64,000 bases of DNA. It comes from Novosphingobium sp. (GTDB lineage Bacteria > Pseudomonadota > Alphaproteobacteria > Sphingomonadales > Sphingomonadaceae). This document shows, piece after piece, positions 28,321 to 37,528 of the stretch (position 1 is the first letter of the stretch; the number at the start of each line of letters is the position of its first letter). A program made the translations under genes and the position numbers. Under the pieces are notes generated by a model. It had not been told where the DNA came from, made no database searches, and worked only from the letters and a program-made list of their open reading frames with translations. The stretch spans positions 7,696 to 71,695 of the forward strand of contig JASGGD010000002.1 of the NCBI GenBank assembly GCA_047605225.1, given 5' to 3'.

Positions 28321-28629
28321 GTGAGTGGGATTGGATCGAGAGTAGCGCCGGAGTTAATCGCCTGCATTCGGGAAGCCCGGCATCCGACCATCCACGAGCT
28401 CGGCCGGCTCGCTGAGCGCATTCGATCCGAGATCTACGGCGCGGCGTCGGCCTTCGCCTGGGCTGGTGCGAGAGACGAACGCTATAAGCGCCAGATGAGC
28501 ATGCGCTTTGTACAGGCAGCACTTTCCAGCAGCATGATAGTCTTTGCCGCGCCGACCCCATCGCCGATGCCGACCATTGAGCAGGCTGTCGTGCTTTGCC
28601 AATGTCCAGGTCGACCTGCCCTAGACTGA
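28321..28629 (+). CDS. hypothetical small protein (102 aa)
   Basis: GTG start preceded by AAAGGAGA 6 nt upstream, in an AT-rich divergent intergenic region. Possibly the first gene of the 28321-32650 plus-strand set. No motif recognised. Confidence 0.4.
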   Translation: MSGIGSRVAPELIACIREARHPTIHELGRLAERIRSEIYGAASAFAWAGARDERYKRQMSMRFVQAALSSSMIVFAAPTPSPMPTIEQAVVLCQCPGRPALD

Positions 28630-28711
28630 TATCTTGCGATAGCCTTCACCGCGCACAAATCCCTCGGCTACAAGCGCAACGTTCTCCGTCGCTGACACGA
28701 AAAGGATTGCC

Positions 28712-29764
28712 ATGACCTATAATCTGCCGGCCCTGGGGGGGCTCGCCATCGGGCGCAGCACAGGTTTCGGTCATGACGAGATACCCGCAGCCGTACGTCA
28801 AGCACGCGTTGAAGCCGATCTCCTGTACCGGGTCGCCTCGGCGTATCGCCGGCTGGGATATGTAGTCCATCAGGGGGTGGTGCTCGGCGGTATTCAGGTC
28901 GATCTCGTGATCGAGAACGGCCCGAAGAAAACCCCCGTCGAGATTTCCGGCGAGGCGGGTTCCGGTCAGATCGACAAACTTCGCCGCGACGTTCTTCGCC
29001 TGGCGGCTTTGCGTGGAAGCGACGCTTGGACCGACACGCCGGTCATCATCGTCACTGGCTTCGCAACGCCGGTCACCGCCCATTGGGCGCAACATCAGAC
29101 CGAGGTCCGGATCATCAGGCTCGATGAGCTCGAGGCGGAGGCGGATGCACAGGCGCCACCAAGCCCGGACTTTGCGACCCTGTCCGCCGAAGACCTTGAG
29201 CAGCAGCGCGCGCAGGCTCGCCTCGCGGAACGGGAGACCCTGATCGCACGACTGCGCGCGCACGATGAAGAGGCAGGTCTGCTCACTCCCACAGACTATG
29301 AGAGACTTTGCAAGCAAGTCTTCAGCTTCCTGTTCGATCCCAGCCTGTTCGGCTTCGAGTCACAGACAGGGACGAGCGATGGCGCGAACCGCTACGACTT
29401 CATCTGCCGCATCGGAACGGACCGCGCGTTCTGGAATGCGCTGAAAACCGACTTCCGCACCCGCGCGATCCTCTTCGAGTGCAAGAATTACACGGATCCA
29501 ATCACGGCTGATCAGATCTACTCGACCGAGCGTTATCTCTTCTCGAGCGCGCTGCGCACGGTTTGCTTCCTCATCGCCCGCAAAGGCGGAGACGATAGCT
29601 GTCAGCGCGCAGCCCAAGGGGCTATGCGGGAAAGCGGCAAGCTGATCCTCGTCCTCTCCAATCTGGACCTGATCGAAATGCTTGAATTCGGTGACGACAT
29701 CGACAGCGCGGAAAACCACCTCGACGAGCGTATCTGGCGCTTTATCATCAGCCTGCCACGCTGA
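28712..29764 (+). CDS. restriction-endonuclease-like protein with two PD-(D/E)xK-type modules
   Basis: 350 aa with an AAGGA RBS. Module 1 ..YRRLGYVV...GIQVDLVIENGPKKTPVEIS... Module 2 YERLCKQVFSFLF......NRYDFICRI......AILFECKNYTDPITADQIY (Mrr_cat-like D..ExK). Confidence 0.65.
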   Translation: MTYNLPALGGLAIGRSTGFGHDEIPAAVRQARVEADLLYRVASAYRRLGYVVHQGVVLGGIQVDLVIENGPKKTPVEISGEAGSGQIDKLRRDVLRLAALRGSDAWTDTPVIIVTGFATPVTAHWAQHQTEVRIIRLDELEAEADAQAPPSPDFATLSAEDLEQQRAQARLAERETLIARLRAHDEEAGLLTPTDYERLCKQVFSFLFDPSLFGFESQTGTSDGANRYDFICRIGTDRAFWNALKTDFRTRAILFECKNYTDPITADQIYSTERYLFSSALRTVCFLIARKGGDDSCQRAAQGAMRESGKLILVLSNLDLIEMLEFGDDIDSAENHLDERIWRFIISLPR

Positions 29765-29983
29765 CGCTGGTAGTCCCTACGCTGCAATCGTAGTGCAGAT
29801 ATCCCGCTGGGTCACGGGTTTCGCCGCGCTTCGTCGAGATCATTATAAGGTCCGTACCAGTTAATCGCGATCATCAGGTGTTTCGCGGTCATGCCTTTTC
29901 TCCTATCGCTTTCCTACAGGCTTTGAAGCCGAGGTGAAGAATCAACCCGGACCATTTCGGTCTGTGGCGGGTCTGGGGGATCG

Positions 29984-32650
29984 ATGGGGAAGCTTACCGA
30001 CTGGTGCGCGCAACAGCCCGCATGGGCCATTGACGCCCTGCAACGGGCTGCCGTCGCGGTGACGAGGCCCCCCGAAGACGTGACGGCGCTTATCGACAGG
30101 ATTGGTGCTGCGCACGGCCTGGGCGATGCGGGCGAGCATCCCTGCAGCGTCTTTGCCGAGGCTAGCCTCCGCAGCCCGGTCGATACTCCCGACGACGTCG
30201 TCCTGCGGTCGATCGGACCTGTCATGGGCCTTGACCGTCTCGCGTGCGACCAGATGCTGGCGTTCGCCCATGAGGGCGTCACCATCGTCTTCGGCGACAA
30301 TGGCTCGGGCAAGAGCGGCTACACCCGCGCTCTTCGAAAACTCTGCAACGCCCGGCTCGACGCCGTGCTACAAGGTAATGTCTTCGCGGAAGGCGCCGAA
30401 GCGCCAAAGGCGATTTCCTACAGCTATCATCGCGGCACCGGCGCGCCCAATACGGAAACATGGGCCGACGGGCAGGACAAGCCTGCAGTGCTGCGCGGCG
30501 TAACGCTGCTCGATACCGACAACCTGCGCGTCTATGTCGATGGCAAGAACGAGATCCTGTACCTCCCGCCCGAGGTTGCGTGTATCGGACGGCTCGCGGA
30601 CATGTATCAGGCAGCTGCAACGCATTTCCGGGATCTCATCGCGTCGGCGACCATCCGGCTGAACCGACCTTTCGGCGGGCAGTATCAGCCCGGCACTACG
30701 GCACACGCCCTGATCGGGCGGCTACAGGTCGCGACCGCACACCGCGATCTTCCCGACGCAGCGGCCATCGACGCCGCTGCCGCCTGGTCAGCAGAGACCG
30801 AGGCCGAACTGAACACGCTCAATGCGCAACTCATTCAGGGACCGATCGCCATAGCCGCGCGCTGCGAGCGGATCGCAGTCGCCTGCAATGCCGCCGCAAG
30901 CGACCTCGAACGTGCCGCAGCCCCGCTCGACCATCTCGTGGTCGGGCTCGACTGGCCATTGGTCGTCACCAAGCAGCGGAAGAGCCATGCAGCGGAATCG
31001 CTAGCCGCTGAACAGCTTGGCGGCCAGCCGATCGCGGCGACCGGATCCGATGTCTGGAAGTCGCTTTATCAGCTCGCGCGTCAGTTCGCCGCGGAAGCCA
31101 GCGTCTGCCACCCGTCAGAGGCTTTCGATATTGGAGATCCTTGCCCGCTCTGTCAGCAGCCCCTCGGACAGGATGCGGTGGATCGCCTGACGGCTTTCGA
31201 TGCCTTTGTCGCAGGCCGGGCCACGCAGGAGGCGGCCGATGCCGCGTCAGCCGTCTCCAGCCGACTGACGATATTGCGGGAGCTGACCTTCCGCCCGGAC
31301 GCTGAGCTCACGACCTTACTTGCAGAAGCCGCCGCCGAGAATGAGGGCGGTGCAACGCTGGTTCAGGCCGCAATCGGCTATCACCGGATGTTGGCCGCTC
31401 GCCGCGATGCGGTCGTTCTCCAACTCACCAGCGAACAACGCAGCGATTTCGCCCCGCTTGCACCGTCACCCGCGATCCAGCTGCGGGCGTGGGCGGCCCG
31501 CCTCACAGAACATGCGACGACCTTACGATCGAGCGACCACGATTCGGCAAAGATATCAGCCCGCGTAGCTGAGCTGACGGCACAGCGTCAGATGCATGGG
31601 CAACGCGCAGAAATCCTAGCCAGACGCCTCGAACTCTACACGCTTCACGCCTGGAAAGCCTGCGAAGCTGCGCTCAATACGGCCCCCTTGTCGCGGCTGA
31701 TGTCTACATTGCGCAAGGAGCTCACCACGCCGGCGCTGGAGGCGCGCATTCTGGCCGAGATCCAAGCCCTCGCGCTTCAGCACATCCCACTGAAATTCGC
31801 CGACAAAAGCGATCGCGGGGCGAGCATGTTTGAGGTCGAGCTGCACACCGACAGAAAGGCCAAAAAGGCGCGTGTTCTCAGCGAGGGCGAGCAGCGCGCG
31901 CTCAGTCTGGCATGCTTCCTCGCCGAGTCGCATGTTGCCGGAAAGCGCTCAGCGATCATTCTCGATGATCCGGTGACGAGCCTAGATCACGGTCGCGTCC
32001 GCCGAGTGGCACGACGGCTGGTCGACGAGGCGGCCACTGGCCGACAGGTCATTATCTTCACCCACAATCTTGTCTTCTACCACGAGATAATGCTCGCCTG
32101 CGTCGACCGCGACACGGTGGTAAGTGCCCTGCCCTGCCTGATCCAGCAGGGACCGACCGGCGAATTTGGTATGGTAACGGTCGGCGACGAACCTTGGGTT
32201 GCCCGCAAAGTCAAGGATCGCGAGACGAGCCTGCGCAAGATGCTCGACGGAATTTCCGACACGCTGCCGACCAGTGATCCGGGCTATCGCCAGTCGTGCA
32301 CGTCCTTTTACGCCGCCCTGCGCGAAACATGGGAACGCGCCGTCGAGGAAATCGTCCTGAACGATGTTGTCCGTCGGTTCGGATCAGATGTCGGCACGCT
32401 ACGGCTCGGCGGCGTTGAGGTCAGCGACGACGACTACATGATCGTCTATCGCGCGATGAAGCGCGCTTCGGAGCATTCGGGACACGATCAGGCCGCAGGC
32501 CGCCAAATCGAGACACCGGACAAAGCGCAGATGCAGGCGGACCTTATGGAACTTATCGGATTCAGGACCAGCAAAGCCAAGGCAAACAGGTACGCGGAGG
32601 ACCGCCGTAAGGCAATAGCGGCACGGCCACCCAAACCAGCCTTCGGCTAA
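29984..32650 (+). CDS. AAA_13-family ABC-type ATPase with coiled-coil insert and CxxC hook (PrrC/RloC-like candidate)
   Basis: 888 aa. Walker A FGDNGSGKSGYTRAL, signature LSEGEQRALSLACFLAE, Walker B AIILDDPVTSLD. A roughly 500-aa helical insert contains DPCPLCQQPL. The C-terminal region has LRETWERAVEE ... ASEHSGHD, reminiscent of the R/E/H arrangement of anticodon nucleases. Confidence 0.65.
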   Translation: MGKLTDWCAQQPAWAIDALQRAAVAVTRPPEDVTALIDRIGAAHGLGDAGEHPCSVFAEASLRSPVDTPDDVVLRSIGPVMGLDRLACDQMLAFAHEGVTIVFGDNGSGKSGYTRALRKLCNARLDAVLQGNVFAEGAEAPKAISYSYHRGTGAPNTETWADGQDKPAVLRGVTLLDTDNLRVYVDGKNEILYLPPEVACIGRLADMYQAAATHFRDLIASATIRLNRPFGGQYQPGTTAHALIGRLQVATAHRDLPDAAAIDAAAAWSAETEAELNTLNAQLIQGPIAIAARCERIAVACNAAASDLERAAAPLDHLVVGLDWPLVVTKQRKSHAAESLAAEQLGGQPIAATGSDVWKSLYQLARQFAAEASVCHPSEAFDIGDPCPLCQQPLGQDAVDRLTAFDAFVAGRATQEAADAASAVSSRLTILRELTFRPDAELTTLLAEAAAENEGGATLVQAAIGYHRMLAARRDAVVLQLTSEQRSDFAPLAPSPAIQLRAWAARLTEHATTLRSSDHDSAKISARVAELTAQRQMHGQRAEILARRLELYTLHAWKACEAALNTAPLSRLMSTLRKELTTPALEARILAEIQALALQHIPLKFADKSDRGASMFEVELHTDRKAKKARVLSEGEQRALSLACFLAESHVAGKRSAIILDDPVTSLDHGRVRRVARRLVDEAATGRQVIIFTHNLVFYHEIMLACVDRDTVVSALPCLIQQGPTGEFGMVTVGDEPWVARKVKDRETSLRKMLDGISDTLPTSDPGYRQSCTSFYAALRETWERAVEEIVLNDVVRRFGSDVGTLRLGGVEVSDDDYMIVYRAMKRASEHSGHDQAAGRQIETPDKAQMQADLMELIGFRTSKAKANRYAEDRRKAIAARPPKPAFG

Positions 32651-32845
32651 GCGCCACAGCGACACTCGTCAGAATCGGCTTGCGCGGGCTGCAGTAGCCA
32701 CCTGCGTCCAGGTCGTTTGGAAATTGTCCTCATCGCCATAATATGGTCGGGCACCGACTGCCCCTGCCAACCCTTGACTTGGTCGAGGAGCAAACTGATC
32801 TAGGGCTTTGCAAACGGCCGGTTCTGGACGACAGCCGCCGAGAAT

Positions 32846-32920
32846 GCGGACCTTCCGCACCTGAGGAGGTAAAATCGGCGGCTGAACGGCGACAAAGGGT
32901 CGGGCGCAGAAGGGCCTCCA
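32846..32920. repeat. 75-nt imperfect direct repeat, copy 1
   Basis: GCGGACCTTCCGCACCTGAGGAGGTAAAATCGGCGGCTGAACGGCGACAAAGGGTCGGGCGCAGAAGGGCCTCCA aligns without gaps to 34640..34714, at roughly three quarters identity by eye. Shared blocks: GCGGACCTTCC, CACCTG, GGCGACAAAGGGTCG. Confidence 0.7.
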
Positions 32921-33024
32921 CTAGTCCACGGTGGGAATGCCTGCCAGGCGCCCGTTCCACTCATCTCTCCATGCCAAGTCTTAATCGCCGTTGCCCCCCG
33001 CGAGCCAGCGGACGAAGACGGCGG

Positions 33025-34458
33025 ATGGCCAGATCAAACACACTCAACACCACCAACCTTGCCGCACTCGGCGCCGAGAGACTCGCGGCGCTGTTGATCG
33101 AACTCGCACAGGGTGACGCAGCGATGAAGCGGCGCCTGCGCCTTGAACTGGCAAGCCAGGGCGGCGGCGGAGACGTAGCCGCCGAAGTACGCAAGCGGCT
33201 AGTCGCGATCGCCCGCGCGCGCGGTTTCGTCGACTGGCGCAAGATCCGTCCGCTGGCACAGGACCTCGAGACCCAGCGGGCAGCCATCATGGCGCATGTG
33301 GCGCCAGGCGCGCCGTCCGAAGCGTTCGACTTGCTCTGGCGCATGCTCGAAATGGCCCCGTCGATCTACGAGCGATGTGATGATAGCAATGGCATCGTGA
33401 ACGGCGTTCTCAATGAGGCCCTGTTGAACCTTGGCGAAGTGGCCGTGCCATCCGGTTTCAGTGCTGACCGGTTGGCCGAGCGCGTCTTCGCCGGCACATG
33501 CGCTAACGACTATGGCCAGTTCGACGATCTGATCTCTCTGATGGCGCCGGCGCTCGGGCAGTCTGGACTTGCCATCCTAAAAGCGAAATTCGAGGCCTTG
33601 GCCAAAAGACCACCTGTTGCGACGAAGAGCGAGACCCGCACGATCATCGGCTACGGTTCGCAAGGACCGGTCTACGAAGACGACTACAAGGCACGCAATC
33701 ACACGCGTCTCGTCAAGCGCACGCTCGCTGAAATCGCCGATGCTTCGGGCGACGTCGATGGGTTCGTCGCACTGCAGTCCGATGACGAGCGGACGAACCC
33801 GGCGATTGCCGCGCAGATCGCGCAAAGGCTGCTCGATGCCGGACGCGCAAACGAGGCATTGGCAGCCCTTGACCAGGCCCCCGCCGAGATGCGCGACGGC
33901 GGTCGCTGGCCTGACTGGCAGAAGGTTCGGATCGATGCGCTCGAAGCTGCGGGACGATCCGAAACGGCACAGCGCGAGCGGTGGGAAGTGTTCGAGCGCA
34001 CGCTCAATGCCGAGTACCTGAAGGCCTACATCAAGCAACTGCCCGACTTCGACGACATGGAAGCCGAGGAGCGCGCGCTGGCCCATGCGCGCGCGTTTCC
34101 CAGTTTCCATCAGGCATTAGCATTCCTTGTCGAGTGGCCGGCGCTCGATGCTGCTGCCGAATTGATCCTCGCGCGGCCCGATGAAATCGACGGAGACCAC
34201 TACTGGCTACTCACTCCAGCGGCTGAGGTGCTCGAGCCCAAGCATCCGCTTGCAGCGATCCTGCTGCTGCGCGCTATGATCGACTTCGCGCTCGATAGGG
34301 CTCGCACCAAGCGCTACCCCCACATCGCCCGCCACTTGCAGACCTGCGCTTATCTTGCCGGCAAGATCGATGCGTTCGGCGACCATGCCGACCACGAGGC
34401 GTACGCGGGATCACTCAAGGCGAGGCATGGAAGGAAAAGTGGGTTTTGGAACAGTTGA
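33025..34458 (+). CDS. conserved hypothetical protein (remembered as DUF6880-like)
   Basis: ATG 33025 within ORF 32743..34458. N-terminus MARSNTLNTTNLAALGAERLAALLIELAQGDAAMKRRLRLELAS matches a family I recall as widespread in Alphaproteobacteria. The upstream 94 codons of the ORF look non-coding. Confidence 0.6.
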   Translation: MARSNTLNTTNLAALGAERLAALLIELAQGDAAMKRRLRLELASQGGGGDVAAEVRKRLVAIARARGFVDWRKIRPLAQDLETQRAAIMAHVAPGAPSEAFDLLWRMLEMAPSIYERCDDSNGIVNGVLNEALLNLGEVAVPSGFSADRLAERVFAGTCANDYGQFDDLISLMAPALGQSGLAILKAKFEALAKRPPVATKSETRTIIGYGSQGPVYEDDYKARNHTRLVKRTLAEIADASGDVDGFVALQSDDERTNPAIAAQIAQRLLDAGRANEALAALDQAPAEMRDGGRWPDWQKVRIDALEAAGRSETAQRERWEVFERTLNAEYLKAYIKQLPDFDDMEAEERALAHARAFPSFHQALAFLVEWPALDAAAELILARPDEIDGDHYWLLTPAAEVLEPKHPLAAILLLRAMIDFALDRARTKRYPHIARHLQTCAYLAGKIDAFGDHADHEAYAGSLKARHGRKSGFWNS

Positions 34459-34639
34459 GCGAGGAGGGATTGTGCAAGCGCTGCGAATACCGCGATCCGA
34501 TGAGCTTGACTCATCGGGTCTTGGTTAAGCCCGTGCGGCGCTTGAGAAAATCCAAGGCGTCATGCGTCAGCCGCTCAGCACCTTGGTATAAGTCATTGGT
34601 TTAGCGGGATCGGATAGACTGATTTCAAAAAGCGGGAAA

Positions 34640-34714
34640 GCGGACCTTCCACACCTGGAAAGCGAAAACCGCCCCTTGAATGGCGACAAAGGGTCGACGG
34701 CGGAAAAGCCTTCA
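34640..34714. repeat. 75-nt imperfect direct repeat, copy 2
   Basis: GCGGACCTTCCACACCTGGAAAGCGAAAACCGCCCCTTGAATGGCGACAAAGGGTCGACGGCGGAAAAGCCTTCA. Same orientation as 32846..32920; together they bracket the 33025..34458 gene. Confidence 0.7.
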
Positions 34715-34766
34715 TATGCCCGCTAACGAAATGAAGGCCCGGCGCCAGACAAGCCGTTCCAGGGGG

Positions 34767-35057
34767 TTACTCGATAGCTCCGGGATTCGACCGCGCTTCG
34801 TGCTTATCCGGCAGATCGTCAGGAAACTTGCCGGCCGTCGCCGCCCCTGCAGGCCCGCGTTCGGGCCGCTCGTGGGTAGGATCGGGTGCGCCCGGCTCAT
34901 CGATGCCGGTGGTCACTGGCGCTGGACTACCGTGCCCCTGGCCGGCGATCGTGCCGCTGGTATCGCCGGGGGCTACCTTATGTTGAGCCTTGCGGTTGGT
35001 TCGCTCGCCGGCACCTGTTTCATCAGGGTTGTCGGTTGTCTTGGGTGTCGAAGGCAT
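34767..35057 (-). CDS. small hydrophilic, probably disordered protein (stress-protein-like)
   Basis: 96 aa, Gly/Pro/Asp/Thr-rich. AAAGGA RBS 6 nt before the ATG; GC-rich third positions. Lies downstream of the SDR gene on the same strand. Confidence 0.45.
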   Translation of the reverse strand: MPSTPKTTDNPDETGAGERTNRKAQHKVAPGDTSGTIAGQGHGSPAPVTTGIDEPGAPDPTHERPERGPAGAATAGKFPDDLPDKHEARSNPGAIE

Positions 35058-35264
35058 GGTTTTTCCTTTCAGTGCATTCTCACGAAAGCAGTGCGCGAAG
35101 GCGAAGCAGGTTTCGCGGTCGATGCGCGAAGGTCCATTGAGCCATCTCTCGGCTGTTCAACAGCGAATCGCCCTCGGATGATTCTGTACCCAGTTGCCAG
35201 GCGGTGCTCGATTAGGCGTCTGCGGGCTTCGTCCTGCAATGTCTCGCGCGCCGCACGAAGCGCT

Positions 35265-36116
35265 TTAGCCGTTCACAGTGATCCCTCCGTTTGGATGGAG
35301 CACCTGCCCGGACATGTAGCTGGAATCCTCACAGGCGAGGAACAGGAAGGCCGGCGCAACTTCATTGGGCTGGCCCGGCCGACCCATGGGCGTGCTCTCA
35401 CCGAAATGCTCCAGCTTTTCAGGCTTCGCGCCGCCGCATGGATTGAGCGGGGTCCAGATCGGTCCCGGCGCGACCGCATTCACGCGAATGCCATCTCCGA
35501 CCAGATTTTCCGACAATGACCGTGTAAAGGCCGTAATCGCGCCCTTGGTCGAGCTATAGTCGAGCAGATCCTTGCTGCCTTGGTACATGGTGACGCTCGT
35601 GCAATTGACGATGGCCGCGCCCGGCTTGAGGTGTGGACGCGCGGCCTGCGTCAGGAAGAACATGCCAAAGATATTCGTCTGGAAGGTTCGGCGCAGCTGT
35701 TCCTCCGTTATGTGTGTGATTTCGTCATCGGGATGCTGCTCGCCGGCGTTGTTCACGAGAATGTCGATCCTGCCGAATGCATCGAGCGTCTTGCTCACGA
35801 TCTCATCGTTGAAATCTTTGTCCCCGATATCGCCGCGGATGGTGATCGCCTTGCGGCCCTCGGCCTCGACGATCCGCTTCGTTTCGGCGGCATCGTCATC
35901 CTCAAGCAGATAGACGATGGCGATGTCACAGCCTTCACGGGCATAAAGCGCTGCTACGGCGCGTCCGATGCCACTGTCGGCGCCGGTGATGATCGCAACC
36001 TTGTCCTTGAGACGCTCTGAACCTTTGTAGCGCGGCTGCCACTCGGGCTTGGGCTCGAGTTTGCTTTCATGCCCGGGAAGCGCATCTTCGTGGATCATCT
36101 GGACGGTATCGGTCAT
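35265..36116 (-). CDS. SDR-family oxidoreductase (YghA/YhdF general-stress type)
   Basis: ATG 36116 within ORF 35265..36260, with an AAGGAG RBS. KVAIITGADSGIGRA (TGxxxGIG), the NNAG motif, and Y..K in YSSTKGA. Paralogue of 47048..47941. Confidence 0.85.
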   Translation of the reverse strand: MTDTVQMIHEDALPGHESKLEPKPEWQPRYKGSERLKDKVAIITGADSGIGRAVAALYAREGCDIAIVYLLEDDDAAETKRIVEAEGRKAITIRGDIGDKDFNDEIVSKTLDAFGRIDILVNNAGEQHPDDEITHITEEQLRRTFQTNIFGMFFLTQAARPHLKPGAAIVNCTSVTMYQGSKDLLDYSSTKGAITAFTRSLSENLVGDGIRVNAVAPGPIWTPLNPCGGAKPEKLEHFGESTPMGRPGQPNEVAPAFLFLACEDSSYMSGQVLHPNGGITVNG

Positions 36117-36137
36117 TGCGGCATCTCCTTTGAAGGC

Positions 36138-36164
36138 AGAACCCTTTTCCCGCCGATGAGTTCT
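36138..36164. promoter_or_regulatory. palindromic AGAAC-N17-GTTCT element, possible bidirectional EcfG-type promoter
   Basis: AGAAC (36138-36142) and GTTCT (36160-36164) read as a GAAC-N17-GTT half-match on both strands. It sits between the divergent SDR (start 36116) and flavodoxin-like (start 36223) genes. Confidence 0.3.
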
Positions 36165-36222
36165 CCTGTCTGTGAACGGATGATCGCACACCTGCGGCAG
36201 CCGACACCAAAGGAGACGATCG

Positions 36223-36831
36223 ATGCCGCTCAAGGCCCTGGCTCTCAACTGTACGCTCAAGAGCGACGCGAACGAGGCAAGCTCAACTGACGCAATGATC
36301 GCGGTGCTGAAGCACGCATTTTCCGACCGTCAGGTCACGATTACCGAGACGGTGCGGGTGGCAGCGCTCGATATCAAAGCCGGAGTGACATCGGACGAAG
36401 GGGCCGGCGATGCCTGGCCTGCGCTGCGCGAGAAAATACTCGCGCACGACATCCTCATCTTCGGCGGCCCGATCTGGATGGGGCAGATTTCCAGTGTCGC
36501 CAAGCGTGTGCTCGAACGGATGGATGCGTTTCTCTCGGAGACAGACGACCAGGGCCGCATGCCCAGCTATGGGAAAGTCGCGGTGGCGGCGATCGTTGGC
36601 AACGAGGACGGCGCGCATTTTTCATCGGCCCAGCTTTTCCAGGCCCTGAACGACGTAGGCTGGACCATTCCAGCAGTTGCGGCATGCTACTGGGTCGGAG
36701 AGGCTATGGGCTCCACGAATTTCAAGGATTTGGTGACGACGCCGGACAAGGTTACGGAGGCAGCAAAGATGGTGGCTGGTAACGCCGCGCATCTGGCCGG
36801 CTTGCTGCAGGCAAACCCCTATCCCGGCTGA
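36223..36831 (+). CDS. flavodoxin-like fold NAD(P)H-dependent FMN reductase
   Basis: 202 aa; LALNCTLK...ILIFGGPIWMGQISSVAKRVLERMD...VAAIVGNEDGAH is typical of the NADPH-dependent FMN reductase / flavodoxin_2 fold. Confidence 0.75.
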   Translation: MPLKALALNCTLKSDANEASSTDAMIAVLKHAFSDRQVTITETVRVAALDIKAGVTSDEGAGDAWPALREKILAHDILIFGGPIWMGQISSVAKRVLERMDAFLSETDDQGRMPSYGKVAVAAIVGNEDGAHFSSAQLFQALNDVGWTIPAVAACYWVGEAMGSTNFKDLVTTPDKVTEAAKMVAGNAAHLAGLLQANPYPG

Positions 36832-36855
36832 GTCAAGATTCTCGCTCTGATCGGC

Positions 36856-37500
36856 ATGCAGGGAGAAAGCTTCGTGAAAGATACAGGATGGATTGCCGCA
36901 GCGGAGTTCGTCCGGCATCCGTCAATGGTCGGATCGGCTTTTCCCGCAAGCGCCAGAATGGTGCGTCGCATGCTGGCCCCGTTGGACTGGTCCAACATCC
37001 AGGTCCTCGTTGAATATGGACCGGGCAGCGGCAGGTTCACCTTCGAGATGCTCAAGCGCATGCGTCCTGATGCGCAGCTGATCGCAATCGAAACGAGTCA
37101 AGCGTTCGCTGCCAAGCTGCGTGTGAAGTGCGACGATCCTCGCCTGGTAGTGGTCGAAGGATCAGCGAGGGATGTCCGCCGCCATATCGGTGCGGAAACT
37201 TGTGCAAGAGCTGACTGCATTCTCACCGGTCTGCCATTCTCGACGCTGGGCGAAACAGAGGCAGACATTATCATGCAAGAGACCGCGCTGGCGCTGAAGC
37301 CGACTGGTGTTCTTGCGGCATACCAGATGCGCACTGCTATCCGCCGCCACATCGATTGCAATTTCGCTCAGGTGCGGAAAGGCTTCGAATGGTGCAACAT
37401 ACCGCCCTGTCACCTTTATTGGGCGGCCAGTCCTCTGAAAGGCTCAAAAACAGGCACGAGCTTCGATCCGGCAAGGAACAGTCCAGAGCGCGTCTCCTGA
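36856..37500 (+). CDS. class I SAM-dependent methyltransferase
   Basis: 214 aa; motif I VLVEYGPGSGRFT, as in the small phospholipid/rRNA methyltransferase-like family. Confidence 0.7.
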   Translation: MQGESFVKDTGWIAAAEFVRHPSMVGSAFPASARMVRRMLAPLDWSNIQVLVEYGPGSGRFTFEMLKRMRPDAQLIAIETSQAFAAKLRVKCDDPRLVVVEGSARDVRRHIGAETCARADCILTGLPFSTLGETEADIIMQETALALKPTGVLAAYQMRTAIRRHIDCNFAQVRKGFEWCNIPPCHLYWAASPLKGSKTGTSFDPARNSPERVS

Positions 37501-37528
37501 CAATGCGGCGAACCGATCGACACAGATC

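Noticed and set aside
34680-35519. 279-aa plus-strand ORF
   Set aside because: It covers repeat copy 2, the antisense of the RBS-supported small gene 34767..35057, and the 3' end of the SDR gene. Arg/Cys-rich, no motif.
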